Virus record (IMG/VR): IMGVR_UViG_3300031455_000001
Location: 64,001-128,000 of that record
Origin: a virus
Length of the DNA: 64,000 nt
Direction: 5' to 3' (one strand)
Below the pieces are notes generated by a model. The model was not told the DNA's origin and made no database searches. It worked only from the letters and a program-made list of their open reading frames with translations. Position numbers and translations under genes: made by a program. Below, in pieces: positions 28,635 to 38,935 of this stretch (positions are counted from its first letter, which is position 1; the number at the start of each line of letters is the position of its first letter).

Positions 28635-29093
28635 TCATCCCTCATACAGCTTCTCCAGTCTATACTTGTACTCTTCAAGATCTTCATTTCTTTGCTTCAA
28701 TGCTTTCTCTTGAATTGAAATATCCTCATTGATCTTCTTAATATGGTTTTTGATATTGTTGATTTCAATCATCTTAACCATATCTTCAATTGTATTCTCT
28801 TCAATATTTATATTCTGCAATGTAGGTTTGATGATTATATTTTCAACTTTTCCGATTCTTTTATAAAGATACCTCTTGTCTTCTTTTAAAGAAACATCTA
28901 ATTTAAACAGTGTTATCGTCTTATTCTTCTTTAGTGAAATACTCCAAATGTGGTAATACAATCCCAAACCGCCAAGCTTTTCATCGATAATATCTTTAAA
29001 ATCATTATGACTTTCTGAAACATCAATTCTTTTATTTAAGAACTTTTTGCTCAAAGCACTGTTAGCGTCATTTATTGCCTCTATAAGCCTCAT
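28635..29093 (-). CDS. Hypothetical protein
   Basis: 152 aa ORF. Confidence 0.7.
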   Translation of the reverse strand: MRLIEAINDANSALSKKFLNKRIDVSESHNDFKDIIDEKLGGLGLYYHIWSISLKKNKTITLFKLDVSLKEDKRYLYKRIGKVENIIIKPTLQNINIEENTIEDMVKMIEINNIKNHIKKINEDISIQEKALKQRNEDLEEYKYRLEKLYEG

Positions 29094-29096
29094 TGT

Positions 29097-29312
29097 TCAC
29101 TCCCCATTCTTTATATCAGAATAAGCTTTATAAGCCGCTAGAAACTCTTGTGTGCTAATTCCCAACGTCTCTGCTGACAACTGAACTCCTAGAGCTTGTT
29201 GATATGTCTGATTGGATAGTTCACCGCATCCCATCTCTTTACATGCTCTAGCTGATTGCAGTTGTTTATAGAAGAATCTCACCAGATTGCTCAACATTTC
29301 TTCTTTGCTCAT
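29097..29312 (-). CDS. Hypothetical protein
   Basis: GAGGTG RBS. Confidence 0.7.
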   Translation of the reverse strand: MSKEEMLSNLVRFFYKQLQSARACKEMGCGELSNQTYQQALGVQLSAETLGISTQEFLAAYKAYSDIKNGE

Positions 29313-29435
29313 ATGCGTTCACCTCTTTGATCTGCTTTATATCTACAATATACCATAAAAATTTGTACTTGTCCACTCATAAATGTTAGAAATAAGCGAT
29401 AAAAAGGTTATATGATAGATTAATTTAAAAATATA

Positions 29436-29754
29436 TTGTCAATCCATGTAGTTATGTGTAGAATGAAAGACAAATAAAAAAATAAATAAAAAAAAACGAA
29501 AGGATTCGCACTCCTTTCGCTCACCACCAAAAGTGGATGTGATTCGCACTCACGCAAATCCACAAAAAAACACCACAAAAACCAAAATCAAAACCAAATA
29601 TATGACTTTATTATAAATGCTTATATAAGAAATTGCAACACTAAAATTAGCATTTACATAATTTTCATGGTGGTGAGTGAAACAGGCGAATCCTTTCCTA
29701 TACGGAAGGGATATTTGTGTTTCTTCCACATGGAATTGCCTGTACACCATGTAA
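29436..29754 (+). ncRNA. Putative structured leader/sRNA with two identical-loop hairpins and an alternative long-range pairing
   Basis: TTGTCA-17-TAGAAT promoter; hairpins 29497-29519 and 29533-29563 share GATTCGCACTC; 29499-29529 complementary to 29668-29696. Confidence 0.5.
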
Positions 29755-30037
29755 AAAACTGTTTGATTTGGAAGAAATCGTGCATAATGTCCTTAGTAGG
29801 CGTTTAAAATATCTTCCACCCGCCTGATTATTCCTATTCATATGAGGGCGGTGGTGGTCGCTACCATTAAAGGCGAGGGCGGTAGACGTTGTGATCAAGG
29901 TCACAGGTCGTCTTATCTGTTATCATTCTAGGGGCGTTTTTAGAATGGGATAAGGCTCAACGGAAGTTGAAAAGTCGAATAGGTTTATACATACGGATAC
30001 CTGTTAATGCTCCCGATTTTCAGATGAGGAACAGTAT

Positions 30038-30111
30038 AAAGATTTTGACTCTATGTTGACATCATTTTACATTTAATTGTATTTTGTTGCCAACATAGGG
30101 TCAAAATCTTT
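30038..30111. repeat. Long inverted repeat
   Basis: aaagattttgactctatgttgac / gccaacatagggtcaaaatcttt. Confidence 0.7.
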
Positions 30112-30338
30112 TTTCCAGCCGTTTCCAGTTCGCAACCCATTTTCAGAAGGGGTAAACCTAAAAGTCAAGAGCATAAAGAACTAAATAAACAATTTTTATG
30201 CTAAATAAGAGCATTGTAGGTTTGGATAACCACTATAAATATATAGTGGTATATATAGAGAGTATAGGAAATGTAGAAATTTAAAGAGAAATTGACTCTG
30301 ATATAAGTATACCATAATATTTTGCATTTGTAAATAAG

Positions 30339-30530
30339 TTAAAGGATGAATTTGTTATTATTAAAGATCCCTAAACCATACTGTAATTCAATAGCATAAA
30401 CAATATAATTTTCGATATTCTTTCCTTTGCCTGTTTCATTGGCTAACTGTACAATTTCTTTAGCTTTTAATTTTGGAATCCCAAAGCTGGATATTTTCTT
30501 TATGTATTTACGTTCCATGATTTCACTCAT
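30339..30530 (-). CDS. Hypothetical protein
   Basis: AAGGGG RBS. Confidence 0.6.
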   Translation of the reverse strand: MSEIMERKYIKKISSFGIPKLKAKEIVQLANETGKGKNIENYIVYAIELQYGLGIFNNNKFIL

Positions 30531-30697
30531 ACAAGCAACCCCTTTTGATTTTCATATCTGATTAATATAGCTATTATATAATTATTATACCCACTTGTAA
30601 GATTTTTTAAACAACAAAAAAAGGACTTACGCCCTTTAAATTTTTGAAGTCCAATATAGGGGTATTGCAGATATATTTTTTGAGTTTGTTTATAATG

Positions 30698-31126
30698 TTG
30701 ATCCAGTTTTGAGTCAATTTTATATAAGGGATATGAAGGGTAGATTTTAGAACGCTACATGAATATTGATCCACTTTTGAGTCAATTCTATAATAAGCAT
30801 TAGAAAATGATGATTGGATAATAAATTGATAAGTGAGAGGGATATTGAATAGATATTGATCTAGTTTTCAGTCATAAGGATAGAAGAAATGTGGCATGAG
30901 AGAATAAAGATGAAATTTGTTTACATAATTAAATTATTTTGCTTTTCACAGTCTGTTTAAATATTGATTCACATTTCTATCATGGTGATTAAAGTTGATT
31001 AAGATGTAATCGTTGTTATTGTGATTTTGTTTTTAATGTTGATTGGTGAATAGCTATAAAGAGATAGGATCAATTTGATTAGAGATAATTCAGACAATAC
31101 CTAAAAACTGATCCAGTTTTCTGTCA
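30698..31126 (+). repeat. Five 19-bp direct repeats TTGATCCAGTTTTGAGTCA
   Basis: Starts at 30698, 30766, 30856, 30964, 31108. Confidence 0.8.
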
Positions 31127-31456
31127 TGGTGATTGTAAGATGGTTAGATGTTTAATTGACTTAAAAAGCAAAACAACATATATAATTTCATATAATGATC
31201 TACTTTCTTATGGCTGTGATCGTTCAGCAATCGTCCTACAGTAGGTTTTGTTAACACTTTAAACTTCTTGCTTAGGAACATTGCGTAAAGTCTCCTTCGC
31301 CTCTCTACACTTGTTAAAATAGCAGGTGTATCTAATGAAAGAAGCTCTGTCTTATGGATCGTAATAAAAGTCAAAAATGAGAGGATGGAACACCTGTCTG
31401 ATTTTCTGATCTTAATAATTTTAGTAATTTCTTATTTTCCCGTAATCGTTATTGAG

Positions 31457-31885
31457 CTAGTTTAAATTCCCATAAATCACACCTTCTCTAATCATATTAA
31501 TCCAATCCTGATCTAACTTCTGTGCTTTTAGGTTTTTGAATGTGTCCAACCCTAAAACAAGATTAAATTTTTGATGCAATAGACTAGTTGTGAATTTTGA
31601 CTCCAGAGCCACCTTAACACATTTTGCACTACGTTCCGACCTAAATAAAAGCTCTCCTTCCGTAATGATAGAGTAAAATCTTGATGTTAATTCTGAAAGA
31701 GTAACATGACATCCGTGTTCTGCAAAAAAACTGTTAATCTCAAGATGGTTGGTGATAAATCCATTTTCAAAGTGGTTGCTGAGCATTTTTATCTGCCATA
31801 AATCACCGTATTCCTCTTTATGAATCTTCACAAGATCTATAGCCAAGCATGTTCTATTCGATTTTGTCATATTAAACAACTCCAT
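31457..31885 (-). CDS. Hypothetical protein
   Basis: 142 aa; promoter at about 31904-31932. Confidence 0.6.
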   Translation of the reverse strand: MELFNMTKSNRTCLAIDLVKIHKEEYGDLWQIKMLSNHFENGFITNHLEINSFFAEHGCHVTLSELTSRFYSIITEGELLFRSERSAKCVKVALESKFTTSLLHQKFNLVLGLDTFKNLKAQKLDQDWINMIREGVIYGNLN

Positions 31886-32038
31886 TCTTTTCTAATTGAC
31901 TTAATATTACCATTATTTATTGCTTTTGTCAACAAGTTTTCTTGATTTTTAAATTAATGATCTCTTCTTATTATATGTAGGATTTAATTTTTGTTTTCGG
32001 CTATGCTTATATAAAATACATGCTATAGCCATATATCA

Positions 32039-32239
32039 TTAGCAATAATTTAGAGTTTCTGTTAAGTACCTTATACTTATTATATACTTATTTAGCAATA
32101 AAAATAGGTTTGTGTTAAGGTATATACCTTATACTTAATTAGCAATAATTCATGATGTCTGTTAAGGTATATAAAATAAAATAAAGGCTATAATATAGCC
32201 ACTATACATATCATTAGCAATAATTCAGAGGTTCTGTTA
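32039..32239 (+). repeat. Cluster of four 26-bp TTAGCAATAA-N8-TTCTGTTA elements
   Basis: Starts at 32039, 32092, 32139, 32214. Confidence 0.85.
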
Positions 32240-32830
32240 AGAAGGTAGTATGGATAATATTATGATTAATTATTTATAATGAAAATGAAATGTTTATCAG
32301 GTAAATTGTTTGGAAATTTCACACAACAATAAATTATTTTAATATAATAAAATAATGGAATAAAAAGTAAATCAAGATTTGTTTATGTGTTTGAGTTTAT
32401 ATAAATATTTAATTATTCTTGTGACATATAGAAGAAATAGTGCATATTTGACAAATGAAACAAATAATGATTTAAGTTTTAATATCTAAACAATACCTAG
32501 ACAAGGGAAAACGTAAAAACCGCTCATAACGCAAATATGAGCCATTTAGAGCCATGCAATAATTTGCGTACAATAATCATGATTATTATTGAAAAAAGTA
32601 TTGACAAATGACTTTAAATAGTGTATTTATTGGCTTGCCAGTGTGGTTTTGAGATTTTTTTAACCATATAATAGAAGAAACACGACAATAAAAAATAATC
32701 GTATTTTTTAAAAATAAGTGTTGTAATTACAATAGATGAGCGTATAATAAGGAGTAAGAAGCGGTTGAGGTAAACCAACACACGGCTTGGCAGGCGGAAA
32801 AAAACTTTTTAAAAATATTAACAAAGTCTG

Positions 32831-32860
32831 TTGACAAAAGATTCTTATGAATGCTATAAT
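32831..32860 (+). promoter_or_regulatory. Strong sigma-A promoter of the plus-strand island
   Basis: TTGACA-18-TATAAT with extended TG. Confidence 0.8.
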
Positions 32861-32890
32861 AAGTTATAAGCTAAAAAGAAACAAAACACA

Positions 32891-32904
32891 CGAACATCTG
32901 TTCT
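32891..32904. promoter_or_regulatory. Firmicutes LexA (SOS) box
   Basis: CGAAC-ATCT-GTTCT just downstream of the promoter. Confidence 0.55.
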
Positions 32905-33198
32905 ATGAAAACAGAATAGCTTTTGGATGGTATCACCTTTAAACGGACTTCATTTCCTTGGTATACGGAAAACGACTTGCTAAGTCGTCAAACGTGCCTA
33001 ACATGCTCATACGGAGCGATGAACGAGTTTGGAGGGTAAATAATCCTTTATGATGCTGATGAACGTGAAACTCTTTTGTGAGAGAAAACACTTCATTATA
33101 AATGCAAAAAATAACGGTTTAAATTTTTTATTTCATTCAGGGATAGAAGTTTTTACTCTTCATTCCTTGAAATGAGGTAAAAAAATAAAATGTTTCAT

Positions 33199-33214
33199 TG
33201 TTCCACGTGAAACA
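33199..33214. other. parS site (Spo0J/ParB consensus)
   Basis: TGTTCCACGTGAAACA. Confidence 0.85.
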
Positions 33215-33233
33215 TTTAAAAGGAGAATGACAA

Positions 33234-33392
33234 ATGAATAAAGTCACCTTGATTTACCGTAATAATGGAGAATTAGAAATGAAAAGTAAAACGTTTAAAA
33301 ATCAAGCTGAATTAACAAAATTTCGAGATACTTACAAACATTCAATCATTGCTTATCATCTTCTTGAAAATGGGAATGTGTACAATGCGTAA
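33234..33392 (+). CDS. Small hypothetical protein (52 aa)
   Basis: AAGGAG RBS; MNKVTLIYR... Confidence 0.6.
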   Translation: MNKVTLIYRNNGELEMKSKTFKNQAELTKFRDTYKHSIIAYHLLENGNVYNA

Positions 33393-33555
33393 AATGGGAA
33401 AGATGTTTACTTATAAAGGCTTTACTATTCGTTTAGAAGATGAATTTTACATTATCTATACTAATGATGAATGGAAACTTGGAGAAGGTTTCCGATATTC
33501 AGAACATGAAGCTGGTAGCATTAAGGAAGCAAAAGAATTTATTGATTTTTATTAA
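33349..33555 (+). CDS. Hypothetical protein (start probably 33394)
   Basis: ORF in island. Confidence 0.6.
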   Translation: MLIIFLKMGMCTMRKMGKMFTYKGFTIRLEDEFYIIYTNDEWKLGEGFRYSEHEAGSIKEAKEFIDFY

Positions 33556-33557
33556 AT

Positions 33558-33573
33558 TGTTTCACGTGAAACA
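33558..33573. other. parS site
   Basis: TGTTTCACGTGAAACA, perfect palindrome. Confidence 0.85.
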
Positions 33574-33598
33574 AATAAAAATAAAAGGATGATGAAAA

Positions 33599-33865
33599 AT
33601 GAAAAAATTAACTAAAACACAAGTAAGAAAAGAGTTTAGAAAATCACTTAATAAAACAGTATTATTGTTTACGTCTAATTGTTCACCGTCTAATACAACA
33701 TGGTTTAAAGGCTTAGAATATAAAGGTGTAGAATATAATCCTTCTAACTATTCAATAACTTACAAGGAATTAGACGCTCACTTTGATAAATTTATAAATG
33801 AATTTGCATATTATAATTGCAACAGTGAACTAGGAAATAGAGTGCATTACTACATGGAACTTTAA
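33599..33865 (+). CDS. Hypothetical protein
   Basis: RBS. Confidence 0.7.
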   Translation: MKKLTKTQVRKEFRKSLNKTVLLFTSNCSPSNTTWFKGLEYKGVEYNPSNYSITYKELDAHFDKFINEFAYYNCNSELGNRVHYYMEL

Positions 33866-33964
33866 TTCATGAATTGAAAAAGAATAAATTTTATAAATGA
33901 TGTAAAACCTTGTTTTAGCTTAACAAGGTTTTAATTGATTTATAAAATTTGAGGAGGTTTTAAT

Positions 33965-34339
33965 ATGAATGAAAATGTAAAGAAATTTATTTCAATTGCT
34001 GGTTTGTCAGTTCTTTTGGTTGCTTGTAGCGGTGAAGAAATTGAAAGTGTTGCGGTACAGGTTGCAAATTCAAATACACAAAATGTCGCAGAAACAGTTA
34101 CACTGGATAATGTTCCACGTGAAACATTTACGCAAAACATTGAAATTGAATTGATTGAAGAAAATGAAGAAGGATTTATTTTTCTTGATCACGGTGCGGA
34201 ATTTGAACCAAGAATATTTGTTGATCATGTCGCTGTTGAAAATTGTGACTTGGTTATCGGTGAAAAGTATATCGGTGTTTTTGATTCAGACGGATGGGAA
34301 ATGTACGGTTTAGAAGGTTGTGGGCAATGGACGTATTAA
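33965..34339 (+). CDS. Lipoprotein
   Basis: LVAC lipobox. Confidence 0.75.
   Translation: MNENVKKFISIAGLSVLLVACSGEEIESVAVQVANSNTQNVAETVTLDNVPRETFTQNIEIELIEENEEGFIFLDHGAEFEPRIFVDHVAVENCDLVIGEKYIGVFDSDGWEMYGLEGCGQWTY
34111..34126. other. parS site (intragenic)
   Basis: TGTTCCACGTGAAACA. Confidence 0.8.
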
Positions 34340-34433
34340 AGGAGTGTTTTGAGAAATATTCCTTTGTTTTATTTTTTATCGTCATGACGGTTATGATGCT
34401 GATTTTTCTAACATTTTAAAGGAGGTAGGAAAA

Positions 34434-34655
34434 ATGAAAACATTATCAGAAGAAATGACAGTCGATGAATTGCTCAAAAATTCTTTAATTGACATGTATC
34501 TAGATAAAAAAGATTTTTCAATGGTTAAAAAAATCACTAATGATGATTATAAAATTGTGATTGATGAAAAAGAAAAAGTAAAACACTATGTTGTTAGATT
34601 TATCAGAATGGCTGAAAAAACAGATGTTGCAAGAATGTATATCAATGGAAATTAA
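34434..34655 (+). CDS. Hypothetical protein
   Basis: AAGGAGG RBS. Confidence 0.7.
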   Translation: MKTLSEEMTVDELLKNSLIDMYLDKKDFSMVKKITNDDYKIVIDEKEKVKHYVVRFIRMAEKTDVARMYINGN

Positions 34656-34687
34656 CGGCAAACTTTATTTCATATAAAAAATAAGGG

Positions 34688-36361
34688 GTGAGAAAATTGG
34701 GCGGTTTGGGCATGTTGAATGCGGTCGATTTAGAGGTAAGAAAAGATCTTCATGAACTAGGATTGGAAAATGTTATATTTGCAAAAATCGATGGCTTTGA
34801 GGGTATTTATCAGGTGGATTTCCCAAAAAATACTTATGATTATTTTATAGGCATGAATGGCGGAATTGTGATGTTTAATCAAAGAGTAAATGCTTTTCAC
34901 ATAGAAAAAATTATTCCACGTGATTTATACCTGAAAAGAAATGCCATAAAAGCAAAAAATAACGACATAAAAAACACAAAAGGGGAGAATGAAGAAATGA
35001 CTTATTCTATCGAAAAAACGCTAAAAAATGGAGTTAATAAATATTCGTTAAACATTGACAACGATTTCAATGAGGCTCAAAGTATGCTGGATCACAATGA
35101 AACGACATCTGATATTGACGCATATTCAGCTTACAATGAGCGCGTTGACAATGATTTTGTCGGAACTTATAGCGTTAAAGTAGATAGAAAAAGTGATTAC
35201 GATAGATTTATTAGAATGTTAGATGGTGATGTTTACAGAAAAAAACAGGAACATAGAAAAGATGTTGATGTCGAAGGATTTGAGGAGAGACGTAAAAAGA
35301 TTTATGCTGAATACGAATCCTTGGATGCTGACGGAAGATTTGAGAAAAGAAAATTTTATCAAGAAGAATTAAATAAAATATCAGTAGAAGAAGACAAGGC
35401 ACGTGATGCGTCTTGGTGTGAGTGTGACGCATGTAATTTTCGCCGTCCAAGGTATGAAGAATGGAAAACGGGAAAATATTACAAGACTGAAAAATCAGTC
35501 ATTAAATTGGGTAAATTGTTAGGGAAAAATAAATACGGGCAGGAAATTGTGGATTTTTATTCCACGCAAGTGAAAACAGAAAGAGAGGTCTTTTTAACTA
35601 TCAGTGATAGAGTTCAGCATATCGCTGGAATGTCTTTTTACAGTCCTATGGATTGGGACGGAATGAACGGAAGTTCATGCCAAGACCCTAAAAATGGTGG
35701 AGAATATTGTTTAACTCTTGGCGGTGCTTTACATGATGATAAGTTGTTTACTGCTATGCTTCATTATAGCCATGATGACATAGAGGACATGGAGGAAAAG
35801 TTAAGAGCTAGAGTGCTAATGCGCTATATGACGATTGACGGTGAGGCGTGTCTGTTGCCTACGGTTTATTATGGTAATAATGAGACAAAGAGCCTATTAC
35901 ATTGTGCAATGGAACAGCTACATGAGATGGATATATATGATAAGAGCATACTAGATGGTCGTGATAGAGTGTGTGAAGATGCTAATGGAGGTTTTGAAAT
36001 GATGGTAACTGATGAGATATACATTGAAAGAGAATATGAAGAAGAGAGAACTGTTGATTGTCCTGCATGTGATGGTAGTGGGAAAATGGAGGTTTATAGC
36101 GATAAGTGGGACAGATATGTGAATGTTGATTGTCCTGCATGTGATGGTAGTGGAGAGGTTGAGACAACCGTTATGGTTTACATTGATGAGTATGTAACGG
36201 TCGAAGATGAAATGAGTGTCAAGCCTTATGTTGAGGCGTATACTCATAGTGGACATAGTGTGACTATGTACATTGATAAGGATAAGCTGGATGATATTAG
36301 AGGAGATCATGGTAATGATGTTGATGTTGTGAGTGTGGATGGTGTGAGTGTGAGTGCGTAA
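34688..36361 (+). CDS. Large acidic protein with DnaJ-type Zn finger
   Basis: VDCPACDGSG twice; possible internal start at 34997. Confidence 0.75.
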   Translation: MRKLGGLGMLNAVDLEVRKDLHELGLENVIFAKIDGFEGIYQVDFPKNTYDYFIGMNGGIVMFNQRVNAFHIEKIIPRDLYLKRNAIKAKNNDIKNTKGENEEMTYSIEKTLKNGVNKYSLNIDNDFNEAQSMLDHNETTSDIDAYSAYNERVDNDFVGTYSVKVDRKSDYDRFIRMLDGDVYRKKQEHRKDVDVEGFEERRKKIYAEYESLDADGRFEKRKFYQEELNKISVEEDKARDASWCECDACNFRRPRYEEWKTGKYYKTEKSVIKLGKLLGKNKYGQEIVDFYSTQVKTEREVFLTISDRVQHIAGMSFYSPMDWDGMNGSSCQDPKNGGEYCLTLGGALHDDKLFTAMLHYSHDDIEDMEEKLRARVLMRYMTIDGEACLLPTVYYGNNETKSLLHCAMEQLHEMDIYDKSILDGRDRVCEDANGGFEMMVTDEIYIEREYEEERTVDCPACDGSGKMEVYSDKWDRYVNVDCPACDGSGEVETTVMVYIDEYVTVEDEMSVKPYVEAYTHSGHSVTMYIDKDKLDDIRGDHGNDVDVVSVDGVSVSA

Positions 36362-36404
36362 GGTTGTGTGTTGTGTGTGAGTGAGTAAGACTAAAGGTGT
36401 GGTT

Positions 36405-36439
36405 AAAAGGGTGTGCCTTAATTGGTACACCCTTTTTTT
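36405..36439 (+). terminator. Intrinsic terminator of the island
   Basis: aaaagggtgtgcc-ttaatt-ggtacaccc followed by a T run. Confidence 0.75.
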
Positions 36440-37740
36440 GTGTACTTTTTTAGTGATATAGGATGGTGTTAAATGAAGAATGTTTAAGAAAAGAAAGAAA
36501 TAAAATGAAGAAAAAAGAAAGAAAAAAGAAAGAAATGATAAAGGCTGTTGGTTGGTGATTGGGTGATGATAGGGTGAGAATAGAGATAAATATATGTTGT
36601 TTTGGTGTGATAGATTGTGTAATTATTGAGTGATGATTGTGTGTGGATTTGTATGGAGTATACATAAATATTGTATAAAGGTTGTATTGGCTTGTGTGTT
36701 GGGTGAGTGGTTTTTGTGTGAGGTTTGTACAATGTTTGTGTAAGGTTTGTATGAGATAGAGTGGAGAATGGTGATGTTGAGTTGACTTAACATGAGGGGA
36801 GTAAACTTGACATTATCCAGCCTGTTAAGTTAATAGGAACGTTTGTTCTGCTAGTAATTCTCTAAATAAGTGATCAAAAACATGTTCATGTACGGTCTTT
36901 GTAAAGAGTCATTATAAAATCATGTTGGTCGATATATTTGGTTCTTAATCCAAAATAGAAAAGGAAATTCATTTGATATCTAAGTATACTATAACTATAA
37001 TTATGGGGGTACTTTTCAACCTTTTTTGTTCGGCTTTTTTTTGATATCGCATATAGCACTCAAACAACCACACTCTATCCACCTTTTCACTCTAATTTCA
37101 CACGTTTTACCCTAAGAAAACACCTGTTTTTACATTTGAATAAAATCACAACAAAATCATAAAAAATCACAACAGAACCATAAATAAAACCATAATAAAA
37201 CCATAGAAAAATAATCATCTTTCAAAATTCTCAAACCTCTACTTTCTCATCAACCTCTTACAAACTCTTCACTCATCTTTCATACAACTATGCTAAAGAC
37301 CACTCAACATTCGTCTAAATCCCGTTACCAAACGTACTATTTTAAACATCTATATTTATCACCTCTAAAACAAACACCCTCTAAATCATCAAGAAATCCC
37401 GTTAACAAACCTAATTAACCCCTCCAATCAAGAACACCTATGGGGCATACCTTAACACCTTTGCATATAATCATACACAAACCCCGTTTGTTAACGCATA
37501 TTTTTTAGAGCAACCAAAAAACCCTTACCGTACACACGATTTTTACCATATTTATACCATAATTTTCCAATATTACTCTTACTCTTGATTTTCAATTTTT
37601 CACCACTTTTCATCACTTGTCAATAACTCGATAATCATCCGATCATTATTCATCATCCATTAATCATTCACACATTCATTATACAATATAAATATACATT
37701 CAGCATTCATCCAATCACAATCCAATTTTCATCTAGACCT
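36440..37740. other. Non-coding low-complexity region with abrupt GT-rich to CA-rich switch
   Basis: G/T-rich to about 36790, C/A-rich from about 37060. Confidence 0.75.
36837..36848. promoter_or_regulatory. Possible LexA box
   Basis: GAAC-GTTT-GTTC downstream of a TTGACA at 36807. Confidence 0.4.
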
Positions 37741-37858
37741 AACAAAAATATGCCAATATATTATCAGCTTTTTACTGAAAAATATATTGGCATATTTTTA
37801 CATAATCATCTATTCTTTCTATTCTTTCTTTTTATATATTTCTTTCTTTTTTAAACTT

Positions 37859-38341
37859 TTACAATCTAGTTTTAGTCAAACTTAAATTCTTGCCATAACG
37901 CAAAAGATCAAAAGAAAATACTAACTCTGTGGGATGGCTCTCTCCATAGACCATAGGTAATTTGTACTTACTTAACATGCATGATTTAATCTCAAGAGAA
38001 ACATCATAATCAAAACCACTATCCACATTTCTAGCAATGGACTTTCCCTTAATACTAAACTCTTTATCCATTTTACCATTCGAAACCAAATCAATAATAT
38101 CAAAGTCAATATACGCATCCCGAACTAACAGTTTACCATATACTCCAGAAAATGTCAACTCAATTGATCCAGCGCTTCTAATATTGATGAAAGTATCGCC
38201 ATTAGGATGTAAAATTTCTAAATCAAATGTATCTCGACTTGCAAATTTATTGCTATCTAAGTTGTCCGTATCATTAAACATTATTTTCACCATGATTATT
38301 ATCATCAATGTATAAGCCATATTTATCTGTTGAATGATCAA
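37859..38341 (-). CDS. Hypothetical protein
   Basis: ORF; start probably MFNDT. Confidence 0.65.
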   Translation of the reverse strand: MIIQQINMAYTLMIIIMVKIMFNDTDNLDSNKFASRDTFDLEILHPNGDTFINIRSAGSIELTFSGVYGKLLVRDAYIDFDIIDLVSNGKMDKEFSIKGKSIARNVDSGFDYDVSLEIKSCMLSKYKLPMVYGESHPTELVFSFDLLRYGKNLSLTKTRL

Positions 38342-38618
38342 CTTCGCAATCTAATTGTTTTAAAGCCAATATAGAATCTACTTCCTTATATGTAGTTACT
38401 AACTTCTTCTCTACAATAGTCAATTCTAAGCCCATTTTTCTCAACATTTCTTTGACATACCCTATATTTTCAAATCCACGAGCATATGGATTATTCTCAA
38501 ATACAAAGGCATTAAATTCACTATCGTTAAAGGACATTTTCATATGATCATATGAAGATAGGTATTTATCTCCCAACTTTAAATAATAAATAATCTCTAC
38601 CTTTTGCTTTTTACTCAT
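38274..38618 (-). CDS. Hypothetical protein
   Basis: Coupled ORF. Confidence 0.7.
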   Translation of the reverse strand: MSKKQKVEIIYYLKLGDKYLSSYDHMKMSFNDSEFNAFVFENNPYARGFENIGYVKEMLRKMGLELTIVEKKLVTTYKEVDSILALKQLDCEVDHSTDKYGLYIDDNNHGENNV

Positions 38619-38896
38619 TATTTTCCACCTTTTTCCCTCTTGGATAAGTAATTCATTAACACAACAAACTTGGAAACATAATAAACTCCAGCATAGTTAA
38701 TCGCCATGCTAACCTTTTGGTTGTCAGCCAACCCATCCCATTTATCAACAACCTTATTGATCCCAGAATTGGTTGATCGTCCTTCCACATGTAAAAAGAA
38801 TGTTCTAACTACATGATCGCTGTCTCCAGTAGATTTTTTTACATGCTCAATTGCATCGACATCAAACTTATCGATAATCTGATTGGTATAATCCAC
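38618..38896 (-). CDS. Hypothetical protein
   Basis: Coupled ORF. Confidence 0.7.
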   Translation of the reverse strand: MDYTNQIIDKFDVDAIEHVKKSTGDSDHVVRTFFLHVEGRSTNSGINKVVDKWDGLADNQKVSMAINYAGVYYVSKFVVLMNYLSKREKGGK

Positions 38897-38935
38897 AATT
38901 ATTCCTTCTTTCTATATTTAAAAAGCCTATTCACA

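Noticed and set aside
30698-31126. CRISPR interpretation of the 19-bp repeats
   Set aside because: Repeats are too short and spacing is irregular (68-144 bp)
31144-31374. 76-aa ORF
   Set aside because: TTG start without a clear RBS and no recognisable motif
33057-33100. Hammerhead ribozyme (CTGATGA...GAAA)
   Set aside because: No usable stem II, no UH triplet after stem III; folds better as a simple hairpin
35951-36732. Minus-strand His/Thr/Ile-rich ORFs
   Set aside because: Artefacts of the GT-rich low-complexity sequence and antisense to a real gene
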